A DNA stretch of 64,000 nt from NCBI GenBank assembly GCA_963737155.1, contig CAVTRN010000001.1:96001-160000 (forward strand). Reading direction: 5' to 3'. A program made the position numbers and the translations under genes. Below the pieces are notes generated by a model that worked only from the letters and a program-made list of their open reading frames with translations, ran no database searches and had not been told where the DNA came from. Shown here piece after piece: positions 10,878-23,669 of this stretch (positions are counted from its first letter, which is position 1; the number at the start of each line of letters is the position of its first letter). This DNA comes from Nitrospirota bacterium. GTDB lineage: Bacteria; Nitrospirota; UBA9217.

Positions 10878-11312
10878 TGATTGTTACGAACGACCAATCA
10901 TCGGGTCGGAACTATATTGCACCTGCGCGTCGCCAACCACAGTGCGTAAGTTTCACCTGATATACCACGGATTATTGCGAAGGCCGCGATTCCAAACTAG
11001 GAGGCGGTATCGATATGGACATATTTTCTGAAGAGGTGTAGAATTGCAGTTGAAGCATGTGGAGTGGACTCCTCCCGAAGTTGCGACTCTTGTTTGACAA
11101 GAGGCCCATGTATGCTTCAAGGGATGGTACGGGTGCAATTTGAAGTTTTTTTCGCCCTCGGCAGTTAAGAAAAGCTGGCGTCCCAACGCGAGACGCGACT
11201 CATAAGACGTGGTTTTCACTTCAGTGATCCGATAAAAACGGTTGAATCTTACGCGGGAGAGACCCGCTGCGCTATGAGATCCATTTGTGCATTCTGCATG
11301 CGGAGGTAACGA

Positions 11313-12146
11313 GTGGCACAAGTCGAACTAATTAATTTTCAGAAACCTTGGTTTCTGTTCCGAGTGATGGTTAGTCTGTCACTCGGGTATATGGCCTTCG
11401 CATTCTTCCGAAAATGGCTCGGCTGGTCCCGCGGACTGCGCGAGTCTACGGCGGCTCCGCGCGATTATAGAATGTCTTCATCGATCTGGCTTACCGAAGT
11501 CCTCTTCCAACGTCAATTGTTTACGCTTTCTTTCCCCCGCTGGTTCATCCACCTGCTGATATTTTATGGTTTCATCGGTCTGGCCCTTCTCTCGGTTGCG
11601 TCCTTTATCCTGAGGGTTGCAGGCTACTTTGCAATGAGCAGTACACTCCCGAGCTTCTACCTTCACCCTGAAGGATATTTCTTCATGAAGATATGGGGCG
11701 ACAGTTTCGGCCTGCTCCTGCTCCTCGGGCTTGTAATGGCCGGCATACGCCGTCTTGCACAGTTAAGGGTACGGCAAACCAGCAATCAAATGGACGTCAT
11801 ACTCCTGGGTTTGCTCCTGTCAGTGACCCTGTCGGGGTTTATCCTTGAGGGGTTGCGCCTGACGCTTATGCCTGCTGAAATTGCCCGCTATTCTTATGTC
11901 GGTCGTTTTTTTTCGCCTCCGGGAACGTATGTGTTGGAGCAACTCCAGCCGTGGCTCACGGCCTGCTGGACGTTTCACACTATGCTGGTTTTTACACTCT
12001 TCGTCTACCTGCCGCACAGCAAACTGATGCACAGCCTGCTTGCCCCCGTCATTATCGTCATGAACGCAGCCGAGGAACATAAAAGAGAGGACCTCTATTG
12101 GCCCGAGATGAAAAAATACAGGGAAACAAGATCGCCGCGGGTCTAA
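11313..12146 (+). CDS. NarI/HdrE-like membrane cytochrome b subunit
   Basis: Multi-TM protein with RWFIHLLIFYGF, LSGFILEGLR and FH...LPHSKLMH heme-ligand pattern. Confidence 0.8.
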   Translation: MAQVELINFQKPWFLFRVMVSLSLGYMAFAFFRKWLGWSRGLRESTAAPRDYRMSSSIWLTEVLFQRQLFTLSFPRWFIHLLIFYGFIGLALLSVASFILRVAGYFAMSSTLPSFYLHPEGYFFMKIWGDSFGLLLLLGLVMAGIRRLAQLRVRQTSNQMDVILLGLLLSVTLSGFILEGLRLTLMPAEIARYSYVGRFFSPPGTYVLEQLQPWLTACWTFHTMLVFTLFVYLPHSKLMHSLLAPVIIVMNAAEEHKREDLYWPEMKKYRETRSPRV

Positions 12147-13357
12147 CCCGCCGGCAGCTTATTGAGTTGAATGCATGCACCCGGTGTGGTGAGTGCAAAG
12201 TGTGGTGTCCCGTGTATGCCCAGGACAAGCGCGAGGAGATCACTGCACGCGGCAAGCTCGATTCTTTGCGCCGTTTTGTCGATGGCTTGTTGCCTGAAAC
12301 CAAGCGCGATGTTTTCATCGAAGCTCTTTATGAATGCTCGGCTTGCGGACAATGTCATGTTGTCTGCCCCGTGAGAATTAATACGCACGAGCTGTGGGAG
12401 CAGGCGAGACTGTCACTCGTGAGCGCAGGCATTCCCCAGCCGGAAGGCCAGGTCAAACAGCTGGCCGCGATCAAGGAGTTCAACAATCCTTTCGGCAAAA
12501 GCCAGAACGAGCGTTCCCTCTGGGCCACGGCTGCCTGGAAAGCCGGTTTGCTGAAATCGCCCGTGCCGGTTTGGAGAGAGCAACCCGTTCCGGTGGTCTA
12601 TTTCGCGGGATGCATGGCAAGCTACGATCCGGCATTGCAGCCCGTCGCTGTGCAATCGGCACGTCTGTTGCAGGAAGCAGGAGTAGATTTCGCGATCCTG
12701 GGTGAGGATGAACCGTGCTGTATGAGCAAACTGAGGAGAATGGGCGACAGTGCATTCCCCGAGGAAGCGCGAAAAAGGGCCGATCAATTCACCCGTATGG
12801 GAATAGACACGATCATTGTCTCCTGCGCCGGTTGCTATAAGGGGTTGCATTCAGACTATGCGGGGTTATGGCGAGGTGCACCGAAGGTCGTGCATCTCAG
12901 CCAGTACCTGGACCAATTAATCACAGCGGGACGCCTTACGTTCAAGTGGAAAACACCCCTTCTCACCACCTATCATGATCCCTGCCATTTAGGCCGGCAC
13001 AATCAGGTCTATGATCAACCCCGCCGGGTACTGAGGTCCGTTCCCGGAGTTGAGCTGGTGGAGATGCCGCGCCACCGGGCCTTTTCGTCTTGCTGCGGGA
13101 TGGGAGGCGGACTGAAAACGGTCAATCCCGAGATCCAGCATAAGATGGCCGCAGCGCGTGTCCGCGAAGCGGAATCAACCGGAGCCAGTGCGATCGTGAC
13201 ACCCTGCCAGACGTGCTATCTGGGGCTGCTTATTGGAGAAAAGGAAGCAGGCTCCGGCATGAAAATTTTACACCTGAACGAGTTGCTGGCGCGATCCATT
13301 TGTCCGGACGTTACTCATGAATCAGTGAAAACCGCACTCGCACGCACAATACCCTGA
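12098..13357 (+). CDS. HdrD/GlcF-like Fe-S oxidoreductase (2x4Fe-4S plus two CCG domains)
   Basis: Motifs CTRCGECKVWCP, CSACGQCHVVCP, YFAGC, YHDPCHLGRH and CCGMGGG. Confidence 0.88.
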   Translation: MARDEKIQGNKIAAGLTRRQLIELNACTRCGECKVWCPVYAQDKREEITARGKLDSLRRFVDGLLPETKRDVFIEALYECSACGQCHVVCPVRINTHELWEQARLSLVSAGIPQPEGQVKQLAAIKEFNNPFGKSQNERSLWATAAWKAGLLKSPVPVWREQPVPVVYFAGCMASYDPALQPVAVQSARLLQEAGVDFAILGEDEPCCMSKLRRMGDSAFPEEARKRADQFTRMGIDTIIVSCAGCYKGLHSDYAGLWRGAPKVVHLSQYLDQLITAGRLTFKWKTPLLTTYHDPCHLGRHNQVYDQPRRVLRSVPGVELVEMPRHRAFSSCCGMGGGLKTVNPEIQHKMAAARVREAESTGASAIVTPCQTCYLGLLIGEKEAGSGMKILHLNELLARSICPDVTHESVKTALARTIP

Positions 13358-13644
13358 CACGATTGAGTGACTGGGCTCGGACTTGCCGTAAAGAGAGAAA
13401 TTACAGGAGCGATTGACGCGACGGCTCATCCTGAGTATTGTGTGCAAGATTCAACGTGTATTTTGCATCCCTTTTTATTCAGCGGCATTGCAAACTTGCG
13501 GGTAGAGCCCGGAGAACCAGGACCGCAAATAAAATAAAAATTCCATTTGCAGTTTTCAGTCAACTGCTCTTCCTGTGCTAAACGACAATCTACGCGGAGA
13601 CGTATCATATCGATCCAGTCAGACATCCTCAGGAGGCGTATTTT

Positions 13645-14658
13645 ATGGCGATAATGAAAGCGGTACAGGTGAGTTCAGCAGGAGGCAAGTTTGAACTAGT
13701 ACGCAAAGAGGTACCCGAACCACAGGAAAACGAAGTCCTCATTAAAGTTGCGGCCTGCGGCATCTGTCACGGGGATTCTGTAACAAAGGAAGGACACTTC
13801 CCCGGGATAGTCTATCCGAGGATCCCGGGACATGAAGTAATCGGCACAATCGAAAAAACGGGCCCGGGAGTCCTGCACTGGAAATCGGGTCAGAGGGCCG
13901 GTGTAGGATGGCGAGCAGGACATTGTAATCAGTGCGCCTCCTGCAAATTAGGTGATTACCGGTCGTGCGAAAATTCTCCGGTCACCGGAATTTCACGGGA
14001 TGGAGGGTACGCGGAATATATGACCTCCCGCGCTGAGGCGTTGGTCAGTATTCCGGAAGAGCTCGATTCGATCAAGGCAGCACCCCTTCTCTGCGCAGGC
14101 AGGACCACCTTCGGCGCATTTAAAGACAGCATTGCGCAGGGTGGCGACCTGGTGGCTGTCCATGGCCTCGGAGGACTGGGACACCTCGCGGTACAATACG
14201 CAGCCAGGCTCGGCTTGAAAACCGCGGTTTTGTCCCGTGGAAAAGACAAGGAAAAGCTTGCATACGATCTTGGGGCCTACGCTTATTTTGATACCACGTC
14301 TACCGATGCTGCAAAGGAACTTGCCAAAATGGGTGGAGCGAAAGTCATCCTCTGTACCGCCCCGAGCAGCAAGGCCATCTCTGATCTGGTGAGCGGTCTC
14401 AGCAGAAACGGTCAACTCATCATTGTTACATTTGCGCCGGAGCCCATGCAGATCTCCCCGGCCCTTCTCCTCCGGGGCGGCCGCTCCATCCGCGGCTACG
14501 TGGGCGGAGACATTGCAGAAGCAGTGCGGTTCAGCTTCCTCTGGAAGATCGTGCCTATGGTCGAAACATTTCCTCTTGAGCAGGCGGAGGCGGCTTATGA
14601 TAAAATGATCTCGTCGAAAGTGCACTTTCGCGCGGTTCTGACAATGGGCAACTCATAA
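13645..14658 (+). CDS. Zinc-dependent alcohol dehydrogenase
   Basis: Motifs CGICHGD, PGHEVIG, CNQCASC...C and GLGGLG. AGGAGG RBS upstream. Confidence 0.93.
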   Translation: MAIMKAVQVSSAGGKFELVRKEVPEPQENEVLIKVAACGICHGDSVTKEGHFPGIVYPRIPGHEVIGTIEKTGPGVLHWKSGQRAGVGWRAGHCNQCASCKLGDYRSCENSPVTGISRDGGYAEYMTSRAEALVSIPEELDSIKAAPLLCAGRTTFGAFKDSIAQGGDLVAVHGLGGLGHLAVQYAARLGLKTAVLSRGKDKEKLAYDLGAYAYFDTTSTDAAKELAKMGGAKVILCTAPSSKAISDLVSGLSRNGQLIIVTFAPEPMQISPALLLRGGRSIRGYVGGDIAEAVRFSFLWKIVPMVETFPLEQAEAAYDKMISSKVHFRAVLTMGNS

Positions 14659-14781
14659 CCGAAGGGAGGAAGCAGCATGCAGAACCTCTTGCACCTACTC
14701 CCTCCATAAAATTGTTTCATTGCCTGATTTAATGTCTTTGGAACAGGAAAGTCATGCCGAGTATCAAGGTGATCTGAATAA

Positions 14782-14893
14782 TGCAGATTCCGGAGGACAG
14801 CTACCAGACGTTCCGATTGAATCTTTCCACCTGATCCCATCCATTCCTTCCACCCCATCCGGTAAATCTACCAGTCATTCCGGCCATCCTTCC
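14782..14893 (+). repeat. IS21-type left end with about 5 internal repeats
   Basis: Units include GTTCCGATTGAATCTTTCCACC, CATTCCTTCCACC, GTAAATCTACCA and CATTCCGGCCATCCTTCCA. Confidence 0.75.
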
Positions 14894-15519
14894 AGAGAGA
14901 ATAGCTTCTGTAGGTGATCACGTAATGTTGTTTGTATTGCGCATTTAATCATATAGCTTCAGTTAACAGATTCTTTTTGTAGCTCACGACAGTTGCATCT
15001 TTTAGAAATTACACCATACTTCCTGGAGCAAACAGCGGTTGCTATATTTGGAAATTATAATCTTCATTTGCAATTCTGGAATTTCAAGAAATGGAAACGA
15101 TTATCGACTTCTTTCTGTAGTTGTTGAAGTTGCATTTCTTTGAAACATATCATTTTACATTCTGAATTCGTTGCCGACTCCCCACTAGAACATATCACTT
15201 TCCATGTCGAAATTGCCCATAAAAAAGGGTGGAATATACGAGTAAATATTTCTCATTTCTCAAAATAAGGTTGTCCGATAATTAACACCAGACAAATAAA
15301 TTTGACTGAAACGATGTGTAGTTTGTGAAAATTCCATTGACTGTATATAGCCCTTTTGCCATAATCTGCCCATATTTGTTCGTTCCTCAAATAATATTTA
15401 TACCTGACTATACCTGACGACATGGTTTGCACAAAAGCTCGATCAGAAAAGCAAGCGGCTGGCTCTAAAATCGCATAAGGGCATCTGTATAATCAAAGTA
15501 GTACGGAGGTAACATACAA

Positions 15520-18500
15520 ATGACAATTAAATTATATGCCCCCGTTCTGATTTTCCTATCAGGCATGATTGCTTATTCTTCGATCTACCCTTTCACCATT
15601 GGGCAACACCGGCTACAACGCCACGTCCATCTATTATTTGCTGGTATGTCTCTTGTAATGGCGCTGATTATCCTGTCTACTGTACAGACTTTCCTGGCAC
15701 CGACCATAAACGATTTCATCCAGGCGAACCGCTTAAATCTCGCCCTCTACTTCTTGTTTATGGCCGTACTTCCCTGGTTCTTCGCTGGGTATACCGGCGT
15801 GAGACCAAGGGCAGTGCTGGTCGGACTCACTGGACTGACTGCCGTTTTGTTCCTCGTCAATCTGTTGCAGCCATACACTATCTTGTATAAGGAAATCCAT
15901 GGGCTTGCACACATGACTCTACCCTGGGGAGAGGAACTTATATTTCCGCTGGCTATCGCCAGCATTTGGGCTTACATCGCGGTAACAGCTCACTTCCTTA
16001 ATATCGCCTTTGGGTTTTATACCCTGGTTGTTCGCTTCTACCGTGACCGCAGGCGCACGGCCTTGTTCATGATGCTTGCATTGGGGTTGTTCATGGCTGG
16101 CACCGTAACGGGTATTTTATTCAGACTGGGAATTCCTTACGCCCCCCCCTTGGGGCCGTTCGGATTTCTGAGCATGATTATTGTGATGGGGTTGACGCTG
16201 AATTACGAAATCCAGGAAAATCGCTTGCACATGCAGGCAATACTGGATCATGTTCCCGCACATATCTCTATGAAAGATCCCAAAGGGCAATACATAATGG
16301 TCAACCGCCATTTCGAAGACTTATTCCGTGTCTCCAACGCGAAGATATACGGCAGGACGGATCACGTTTTATACTCTAGTGAGCAGGCCGATGCAATGTA
16401 TGCCGACGAACAGCAGGTGCTCGCCACGCGTCACCCCCTGAAACGTGAGGAAACTGTTACTTTGAAAGGAGAACCTCGCACCTATTTTTCCGTTAAATTC
16501 CCGCTCTTTCATGCCGATGGCACACCTTTTGCCGTATGTGGCATTTCCACAGATATTACCGAACGCAAGATGTCTGAACTGGCCTTAAAACAGAGCGAAG
16601 AAAAATATCGGCGTCTTTACAATGAAACACCCATACTACTCCATTCCATAGACCGGGAAGAACGATTGGTCGATGTAAATGACTACTGGCTGAAAATAAT
16701 GGGCTATGATCGAAATGAAGTTATTGGCAGAAAAATAACAGATTTCTATACGGAGGCATCACGAAAGTACGCCAAAGAGGTCACTATCCCGACATTTTTC
16801 CGGGACGGCTTCGTTCATAATATATTCTATCAGTTTGTAAAAAAAAACGGTGATTTGGTGGATGTGCTTCTTTCGGCGACTGCTGAACGAGATGCCGCGG
16901 GCAACGTTGTCCGTTCCCAGTCTGTGATCGAGGACATCACCGAGCGCAAGCGGGCGGAGGAGTTACTCAAAAAATCAGAAGAGAAGTTTTCTAAGTTCTT
17001 TATGGCAGCACCTGCCGGGATATCTGTCAGTAGCGTCAACGAAGGACGTATTATTGACGTCAATAAGGAATTTGAGCGGTCGTTGGGATATAGCCGAGAT
17101 GAGATAATTGGTCGTACGTCATTCGAACTCGGGCTCTGGGTTGATAGCAAAGATCGGGATCAAATCGTGCGGCTTTTACGTACCGAAGGGAAGGTGAAAG
17201 ACCTAGAGCTGCGGCTTCGTACAAAAAACGGCAATGTATTAACGCATCGATATTTTGCAGATCTAATAGAAATAGATAATGTAACCTACCTCCTGTCCGC
17301 ATTTATTGATATAACCGAACAAAAGAAAGCAGAAGAGGCGCTGCGAGAAAGTGAACGGAAGTATCGTGAACTCGTTGAGAATGCAAACAGTATAATCCTT
17401 CGTTGGGGAAGGGACGGGAAAATCACATTCATGAATGAGTTTGGCCTGAATTATTTCGGCTTTTCCGAAAAAGAAATTATTGGGCATCATTGGCTTGACA
17501 CTATTGTCCCGGCAACAGAAAGCACAGGAAGGGACTTGAATACATTGATAGAGCAAATTCGCGTCAACCCAAAGGCCTTTGAGCAAAATATTAATGAGAA
17601 CATACGGCGAAACGGTGAGCGGGTATGGATTTCCTGGACAAACAAGCCAGTGCTTGATCAGCAGGGGCGTTTAGTGGAAGTTTTCAGCATTGGATCAGAT
17701 ATCACCAAGCGCAAACTGGCTGAAGAGGCACTACGAGAAAGCGATATGAAGTTTCGCGCAGTATTCGAAAACTCCAGAGACGCCATCGGTATTGCAAAAA
17801 AGGGAATGCATTTTTTTGCTAATCCTGCATATTTGAGATTATTTGGGTACGAGAGCAATGAAGAAATCGTTGGCACTTCGATACTTGAGAACATTGCAAC
17901 GAGCCATCGTCAACAGGTAATAGAGAACATACAAAGAAGAACTGCTGGAGAACCGATCCCACCACTCTACGTAGCACGCGGCAGGAAGACAGATGGTACT
18001 GAATTTTTCATGGAGATCAGCGCTTCAACCTTTGAGTTGCAAGGCGAGATCTATACAGTAGCGAACATCCGAGACATCACCGAACAACTTCGTGCGGTGG
18101 AAGAGAAGGCTATGCTGGAGAACCAACTCCGCCAAGCCCAGAAAATGGAAGCGATTGGCCAGGTGGCTGGCGGCATTGCTCATGATTTCAATAACTTACT
18201 CACCATTTTTGGTACCTATGGGAGCATTCTGAGTAGAAAATTAAAGAACGATGATGTGCTCCGAACCTATGCCGAGCGTATAATGGAAGCAACGGAAAAA
18301 GCCGCCGGCCTGACCCAAAGTCTTCTCGCCTTCAGCAGGAAACAGACTATAACCCTCAAACCAGTCGATCTGAATAAGATTATTAGAAAAGTAGAGCACT
18401 TTCTGTACAGAATAATCGGTGAAGACATCGAGTTGAGAACATCTCTCGCCGGTACGGAATTAGCAGTCATGGCGGACCCCGGCCAGATAGAACAAGTCTT

Positions 18501-19269
18501 GATGAACCTTGCCACGAACGCGCGCGATGCAATGCCTCAGGGAGGACTGCTAACCATCCATTCAGAAACTATGCAACTCGCCGATGCTGACGTAAAGGCC
18601 GGCGACGTTGAGAAAGCCGGCATATATGCCCGTATCAGTGTTGCGGATACCGGACAGGGCATGGACAAAGCAACTGTAGAGAAAATATTCGAACCTTTTT
18701 TCACAACGAAGGAAGTGGGCAAAGGGACTGGCCTCGGTCTCGCGATAGTTTATGGTATTATCAAGCAGCACAGCGGAACCATCAGAGTTTACAGCGAGCC
18801 AGGCAAAGGAACGATTTTTAAGATTTACCTGCCCCTAACGCAATCAGCAATCGCCAAGTCTGGGAGGGATGCTCTCCCGGGCCCCCGGGGCGGGCATGAA
18901 ACGATACTTTTAGTTGAAGACAATACGGCAGTGAGAGCATCAATTAAAGTCATCCTTGAAGACGGCGGTTATAAAGTTATCGAGGCAGTCGATGGAGACG
19001 ATGCCATTGCTGAATTTTATCGACATCGAGACGAAATTATGCTTTTACTGACCGATGTGATAATGCCGAAAAAGAACGGCAAGGAAGTGTACGAAGCGAT
19101 CAAAAGTATAAGGCCGGACATTAAGGCGCTTTTCATAAGCGGTTATACGGCTGATATAATTAACTCAAAGGGACTGTTGGATGAAGGATTGCAGCTTATG
19201 CACAAGCCGCCCGCACCCGATGCCCTTCAACGTAAGATACGGGAAATATTGGATAACAGAGAGGAATAA
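15520..19269 (+). CDS. Hybrid sensor kinase (7TM input, five PAS, HisKA, HATPase, REC)
   Basis: Repeated DITERK PAS caps, [25 protein letters not shown] and C-terminal REC ([10 protein letters not shown]). Confidence 0.93.
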   Translation: MTIKLYAPVLIFLSGMIAYSSIYPFTIGQHRLQRHVHLLFAGMSLVMALIILSTVQTFLAPTINDFIQANRLNLALYFLFMAVLPWFFAGYTGVRPRAVLVGLTGLTAVLFLVNLLQPYTILYKEIHGLAHMTLPWGEELIFPLAIASIWAYIAVTAHFLNIAFGFYTLVVRFYRDRRRTALFMMLALGLFMAGTVTGILFRLGIPYAPPLGPFGFLSMIIVMGLTLNYEIQENRLHMQAILDHVPAHISMKDPKGQYIMVNRHFEDLFRVSNAKIYGRTDHVLYSSEQADAMYADEQQVLATRHPLKREETVTLKGEPRTYFSVKFPLFHADGTPFAVCGISTDITERKMSELALKQSEEKYRRLYNETPILLHSIDREERLVDVNDYWLKIMGYDRNEVIGRKITDFYTEASRKYAKEVTIPTFFRDGFVHNIFYQFVKKNGDLVDVLLSATAERDAAGNVVRSQSVIEDITERKRAEELLKKSEEKFSKFFMAAPAGISVSSVNEGRIIDVNKEFERSLGYSRDEIIGRTSFELGLWVDSKDRDQIVRLLRTEGKVKDLELRLRTKNGNVLTHRYFADLIEIDNVTYLLSAFIDITEQKKAEEALRESERKYRELVENANSIILRWGRDGKITFMNEFGLNYFGFSEKEIIGHHWLDTIVPATESTGRDLNTLIEQIRVNPKAFEQNINENIRRNGERVWISWTNKPVLDQQGRLVEVFSIGSDITKRKLAEEALRESDMKFRAVFENSRDAIGIAKKGMHFFANPAYLRLFGYESNEEIVGTSILENIATSHRQQVIENIQRRTAGEPIPPLYVARGRKTDGTEFFMEISASTFELQGEIYTVANIRDITEQLRAVEEKAMLENQLRQAQKMEAIGQVAGGIAHDFNNLLTIFGTYGSILSRKLKNDDVLRTYAERIMEATEKAAGLTQSLLAFSRKQTITLKPVDLNKIIRKVEHFLYRIIGEDIELRTSLAGTELAVMADPGQIEQVLMNLATNARDAMPQGGLLTIHSETMQLADADVKAGDVEKAGIYARISVADTGQGMDKATVEKIFEPFFTTKEVGKGTGLGLAIVYGIIKQHSGTIRVYSEPGKGTIFKIYLPLTQSAIAKSGRDALPGPRGGHETILLVEDNTAVRASIKVILEDGGYKVIEAVDGDDAIAEFYRHRDEIMLLLTDVIMPKKNGKEVYEAIKSIRPDIKALFISGYTADIINSKGLLDEGLQLMHKPPAPDALQRKIREILDNREE

Positions 19270-19270
19270 T

Positions 19271-20641
19271 ATGGTAAAAATACTTGTAATCGACGACGAT
19301 AAAATGGAAAGAATTGCATTCAGCGATGCTCTTGCCGACGGGGGCTTTTCACCTGCAACGGCATTCAACTGGAGAGAGGCGCTCGAACTTATCAGGCGGG
19401 AAGACTACGATGCCGTATTAATAGACCTCGTGATGCCTGAGAAAAACGGCATAAATACGATGCTGGAACTGAAAAAGATAAAACCGGCCCTTCCTATGAT
19501 CATTGTAACCGGGCACGGCGATATCGCGACAGCGGTAGAGGCCATCAAGCTTGGAGCTTATGATTACGTAACGAAGCCTCCTGATTATCAGCGATTGTTC
19601 CTGACAATTCAGAAGGCTATTGAGCATTGTGACGCCCTTCAGAAAATCAACGCCCTGAACACAGCTGTTGAGGTATCCTTTGAAGGATTCCATGGCACTG
19701 AAAAAGTCATGAAGGACATTATCAACAAAATTTCGAAAGTCGCACAAAGTGATTTTTCCGTGATTATCGAAGGCGAGACAGGAACAGGCAAGACTACGAT
19801 CGCCCGTGCTATTCACCGCCTGAGTAAAAGGGCGGGCGGACCCTTTCTCGTCGTTGACATGGGAACGCTTCCCGAGACCCTTGTCGAGCGTGAACTTTTT
19901 GGCCATGAGAAAGGCGCATTCACCGGCGCGGATAAGCGAAAACGGGGCTATTTCGAGGCGGCACAGGGGGGAACGATCCTTATCGATGAGCTGCAGAATA
20001 TGAGTACCTATACACAGGCTAAATTGCTGAGGGTCGTTGAAGAGAAAAAAATATATGCTCTTGGCAGCACAGTGCCTCTGGATGTCGATGTGCGAATCAT
20101 ATGCGCTTCCAATGCTGACTTGAAAAAAGAAATTTTGGAAAAGCGTTTTCGGGAGGACCTGTATTACCGGCTGAACGAATTCACCATCACGCTACCGCCC
20201 CTGAGGGAAAGACCGGATGATATTCTGTTTCTCACGAGAAAATTTATGGAGGAAGCCTGCGCCGAACTCAACAAGACAGGTTGCGAGCTTTCAATAGACG
20301 CTGCCGCTGTCCTGAAGAATTACCGCTGGCCCGGCAATGTGCGTGAGCTGAAAAATGTTATACGCCGAACAGTCCTATTGGCCTGCGAAGATGTCATACA
20401 GCCCGAGGAGATTCAGTTCATGTTCACCGACAAGGAGGAGGACAGAAAACTGATGTCCGCGCAAATGCCGCTCAGGGAACTTACGACCATTGCCGTTCGG
20501 GAAGTTGAACGAAAAGTGATTAAAAAAGCTCTTGACGCCACAGGAGGAAATAAGAGCAAGGCCGCAGCAATGCTGCAGATCGATTATAAGACTCTTCTAA
20601 CCAAAATTAAGGAGTACGGTATACAATACTCCAGTGATTGA
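19271..20641 (+). CDS. Sigma-54-dependent response regulator (NtrC/AtoC family)
   Basis: REC domain, [32 protein letters not shown] and Fis-type HTH. ATG 19271 follows GAGGA. Confidence 0.93.
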   Translation: MVKILVIDDDKMERIAFSDALADGGFSPATAFNWREALELIRREDYDAVLIDLVMPEKNGINTMLELKKIKPALPMIIVTGHGDIATAVEAIKLGAYDYVTKPPDYQRLFLTIQKAIEHCDALQKINALNTAVEVSFEGFHGTEKVMKDIINKISKVAQSDFSVIIEGETGTGKTTIARAIHRLSKRAGGPFLVVDMGTLPETLVERELFGHEKGAFTGADKRKRGYFEAAQGGTILIDELQNMSTYTQAKLLRVVEEKKIYALGSTVPLDVDVRIICASNADLKKEILEKRFREDLYYRLNEFTITLPPLRERPDDILFLTRKFMEEACAELNKTGCELSIDAAAVLKNYRWPGNVRELKNVIRRTVLLACEDVIQPEEIQFMFTDKEEDRKLMSAQMPLRELTTIAVREVERKVIKKALDATGGNKSKAAAMLQIDYKTLLTKIKEYGIQYSSD

Positions 20642-20720
20642 TATTCTTGATATTTTCTGACGTTGGCTGTTTACCTTCCCTGTAAATAAATCATATTCTC
20701 CCTTGTCTCACTCCCTCTTG

Positions 20721-20900
20721 GTATGGTACAGATTCCATACACTTGATTAGTCGCGGAAAATCAATGCATTACCTCGTTTATCCCACGCACAAAGGCTTTT
20801 TCCCTCAGCGAATGATATGGTCTGCATTCCCTATCCAAAATTTCTACTAATTAAAATTCCTTTGTATTTCGGCTAGTTTGGGATTGGCATGGTTGTTGAA
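20721..20900 (+). promoter_or_regulatory. Putative enhancer sites plus variant sigma-54 promoter
   Basis: Dyads GTATGG-N8-CCATAC (20721-20740) and GATATGG-N8-CCCTATC (20814-20835), then TTGGCATGGTTGTTGAA (20884-20900, GG-N10-GA). Confidence 0.4.
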
Positions 20901-20951
20901 ATGTATTGTACTGACATCAGGCAATTGTGCTGATCAAAGAAGGCGTGAGTC

Positions 20952-21317
20952 GTGAAAAAAACAATATTATGCATTTGTGATTCAGCATCCATGAGACTGT
21001 TGCTTGCACATGCCCTGCGGGATGAAAGATATAACATTATAACTGCCCCTGATGGCAATAAAGCACTAGCTCGGGTCGAAACTACGCAGGTTGACCTGGT
21101 TCTAACAGACTTCATCCAGCCGGGGACAGATGGAGTAGAGTTTACGAGAAAATTTCGTGCGAAGCAAAGATATAAGTTCACGCCCGTCCTGATCATGACC
21201 ACGGAATCACAGGACAGCAGCAAGGATGAGGGGGAAAAGGCTGGCGTGTCAGGTTGGATCGCAAAGCCTTTTACGGCAGAAAAACTGAAAACAATCGTAA
21301 AACAGTTTGTATGTTAA
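20952..21317 (+). CDS. CheY-like single-domain response regulator
   Basis: DLVLTD...PGTDG, YKFTPVLIMTTES and GWIAKPF. The acidic pocket is degenerate (CICDS). Confidence 0.85.
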   Translation: MKKTILCICDSASMRLLLAHALRDERYNIITAPDGNKALARVETTQVDLVLTDFIQPGTDGVEFTRKFRAKQRYKFTPVLIMTTESQDSSKDEGEKAGVSGWIAKPFTAEKLKTIVKQFVC

Positions 21318-21433
21318 CTCGGACATGTGCACGGGAAATATCTTTTCAGGCTCATAGTTGTCAGCAAGGCGGCAGAAGCGTATCGGGGCCTTTCGATGAT
21401 GTCAGAGCATAACCCATGCGGAGGACGTTGACT

Positions 21434-21829
21434 ATGACAAATTCAGAAACAGGAGTCAAGACAAAACGCATGCTTGTTGTTGATTCTGCTGCCGCCATAT
21501 TATTTGCCTATAGGATACAGCTCGAAAGGCAGGGAGTAATGATTGATGCATGTGAAACCTATGAAGAAGCAGTAGAGCTGCTGAAAATGCACCGCTACGA
21601 TGTCGCGCTTCTAGATGTCAGTCAGACAGGAGTTCGGCAAAAAAATGGTCTCAATCTGACATCTATTCTCCGAGAACGGCAACCAGATGTGAAAATTATT
21701 CTTATGACTGGTGTCAATGATGATGCCAAGAAAAAAGCAGAGGAACTGGGGTTCTCATACTGTTTTGAGAAGCCCGTATTGAGTTCGACGATATTCTGGG
21801 CACTGAGAAAGTTGGAAATAACTAAATAA
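21434..21829 (+). CDS. Single-domain response regulator (atypical)
   Basis: LVVDS, YDVALLDV, IILMTG and FEKP. GGAGG RBS before ATG 21434. Confidence 0.8.
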   Translation: MTNSETGVKTKRMLVVDSAAAILFAYRIQLERQGVMIDACETYEEAVELLKMHRYDVALLDVSQTGVRQKNGLNLTSILRERQPDVKIILMTGVNDDAKKKAEELGFSYCFEKPVLSSTIFWALRKLEITK

Positions 21830-21848
21830 AGGATAAGGAAAAACTATT

Positions 21849-23552
21849 ATGAAAGAGTTATTCAAGAACATGAAGATCGGAAGAAAACTGGCCGTATTGG
21901 TGGGACTCATGTCACTACTGCTCGTGGCTACGGGAATCTATTTGCTCCATGGGATTTCCGAGACCAACAAGCGGTTGAATACAAACATGGCCATGGCCGA
22001 GGCATACACAAAGGCGGCGGGAGACGCCGACGACGCCGAAATAGCGTTCAAGAAGCAAGTGCAGGAGTGGAAAGACATGCTCCTGAGGGGCAACGATCCT
22101 AAACTGTTCTCCAAATACCATGATAATTTCCTGAAAACGGAAGCCGAGGTGCAGTCTCGGGGGAAGGATCTGAAGGTTTCTCTTGCAAAGCTCAACGTCG
22201 ACACGGCAAGGCTGGACGATTTTTTAAAAGCCCATACTCTCCTGGGAGAGAAATACCACGAGGCCCTGAAGAACTATCGGTCAGACAATATAAGGAGCTT
22301 CAGTATCGTGGACGTTATGGTAAGGGGAATCGACCGGGAGCCGACGGAAATCATCGATTCTGTCGCCGAAAAAACGCGGAAGCAGGAATCAGAGATGTTC
22401 GCAGAAGTGGCGAGAAAATCCGCTGAGTCTTATAACTCCGTTTTCAGAAACTCCCTCATTTTCATGGTGTTCGGGATCGGGCTGGGTATTTTCCTCTCCC
22501 TGGTGATCATTCAAGCCATCACGAGACCGCTTAACGATATCGTTATTGTGGCAAACAAGACGAGTCAGGGGGACCTGTCTCATGACGATACGGCCCACGC
22601 GATCCCTACTAATGACGAAATCGGTGAGATGACAGTAAGCTTCAATCGGATGATTGAAAAACTACGCCATATTGTGGGCGAGATCAACTCGGGCACGAAT
22701 ACCTTGGCTTCTAGCTCCGAGGAACTTTCGGCCACATCAGAAGATCTAAACAAAGGGACGCAGGAACTTTCCACCCAGACATCTCAAGTTGTTACAGCTA
22801 TGACCGAGGTTTCCCAGACCATCATGGACATGGCCAAAAACGCATCGAATGCAGCAGATGCAAGCAGAAACGCCTCGGAAACAGCATCCAAAGGGAAGCA
22901 GATTGTTGATACCACGGCAGATGACATGATAAGGATTGCGCAGACCGTACAAAGCGCAGCAGGTACCATAGAAGAACTGGGGAGAAGTTCCGCTCAGATC
23001 GGGGAAATAGTGACCGTTATTAACGGCATCGCCGAACAAACAAACCTTCTCGCCTTGAATGCTGCCATCGAGGCCGCCCGAGCAGGTGAGCAGGGCCGCG
23101 GTTTCGCCGTAGTGGCCGACGAAGTGAGAAAACTTGCGGAGCGGACTGGCCAGGCTACCAAAGACATTACCCACAGGATTACAACGATTCAGCAGTCCGC
23201 AGCAGATTCCGTGAAGGCGATGAAGAAGGGGAGTGATGAGGTGGATAAGGGAGTTGCTCTGGCGAAGGAAGCGAGCGCGTCGCTTGAGGTAATCGTACAG
23301 GCATCGAATAATGCCATGGACATGGTTCAGCGGATTGCTGCCGCCACCGAGCAGCAATCATCTGCATCGGAAGAAGTTACACAAAGCATGGAGGGCATCG
23401 CAGGCATTGCGAACAGTACGTCAACATCCACAGAACAGATTAAGGGTGCAGCTGCGGACCTCGCACGCCTGGCAACCGAATTAAAGGAAACCGCTGCCTG
23501 GTTTCGTTTAAATGGCAATCAGCCTCCGTACATGAACCGGCGAAGCCAGTAG
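21849..23552 (+). CDS. Methyl-accepting chemotaxis protein
   Basis: Two TMs, HAMP domain and [40 protein letters not shown]. Confidence 0.96.
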   Translation: MKELFKNMKIGRKLAVLVGLMSLLLVATGIYLLHGISETNKRLNTNMAMAEAYTKAAGDADDAEIAFKKQVQEWKDMLLRGNDPKLFSKYHDNFLKTEAEVQSRGKDLKVSLAKLNVDTARLDDFLKAHTLLGEKYHEALKNYRSDNIRSFSIVDVMVRGIDREPTEIIDSVAEKTRKQESEMFAEVARKSAESYNSVFRNSLIFMVFGIGLGIFLSLVIIQAITRPLNDIVIVANKTSQGDLSHDDTAHAIPTNDEIGEMTVSFNRMIEKLRHIVGEINSGTNTLASSSEELSATSEDLNKGTQELSTQTSQVVTAMTEVSQTIMDMAKNASNAADASRNASETASKGKQIVDTTADDMIRIAQTVQSAAGTIEELGRSSAQIGEIVTVINGIAEQTNLLALNAAIEAARAGEQGRGFAVVADEVRKLAERTGQATKDITHRITTIQQSAADSVKAMKKGSDEVDKGVALAKEASASLEVIVQASNNAMDMVQRIAAATEQQSSASEEVTQSMEGIAGIANSTSTSTEQIKGAAADLARLATELKETAAWFRLNGNQPPYMNRRSQ

Positions 23553-23669
23553 AGAAACGACGACTTGAGCTGAAAAAACTTCCTGGATGATGCCAACGCG
23601 ATGATAGCGGCTTCAGATACATGAAATAATCTGTGGAAACTGATGAACAGGGATAGAGAAGGAGATCAT

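Noticed and set aside
10890-11300. AGGAGG plus ATG and a CxxC-containing stretch suggesting a gene remnant
   Set aside because: Early stops and no recognisable family.
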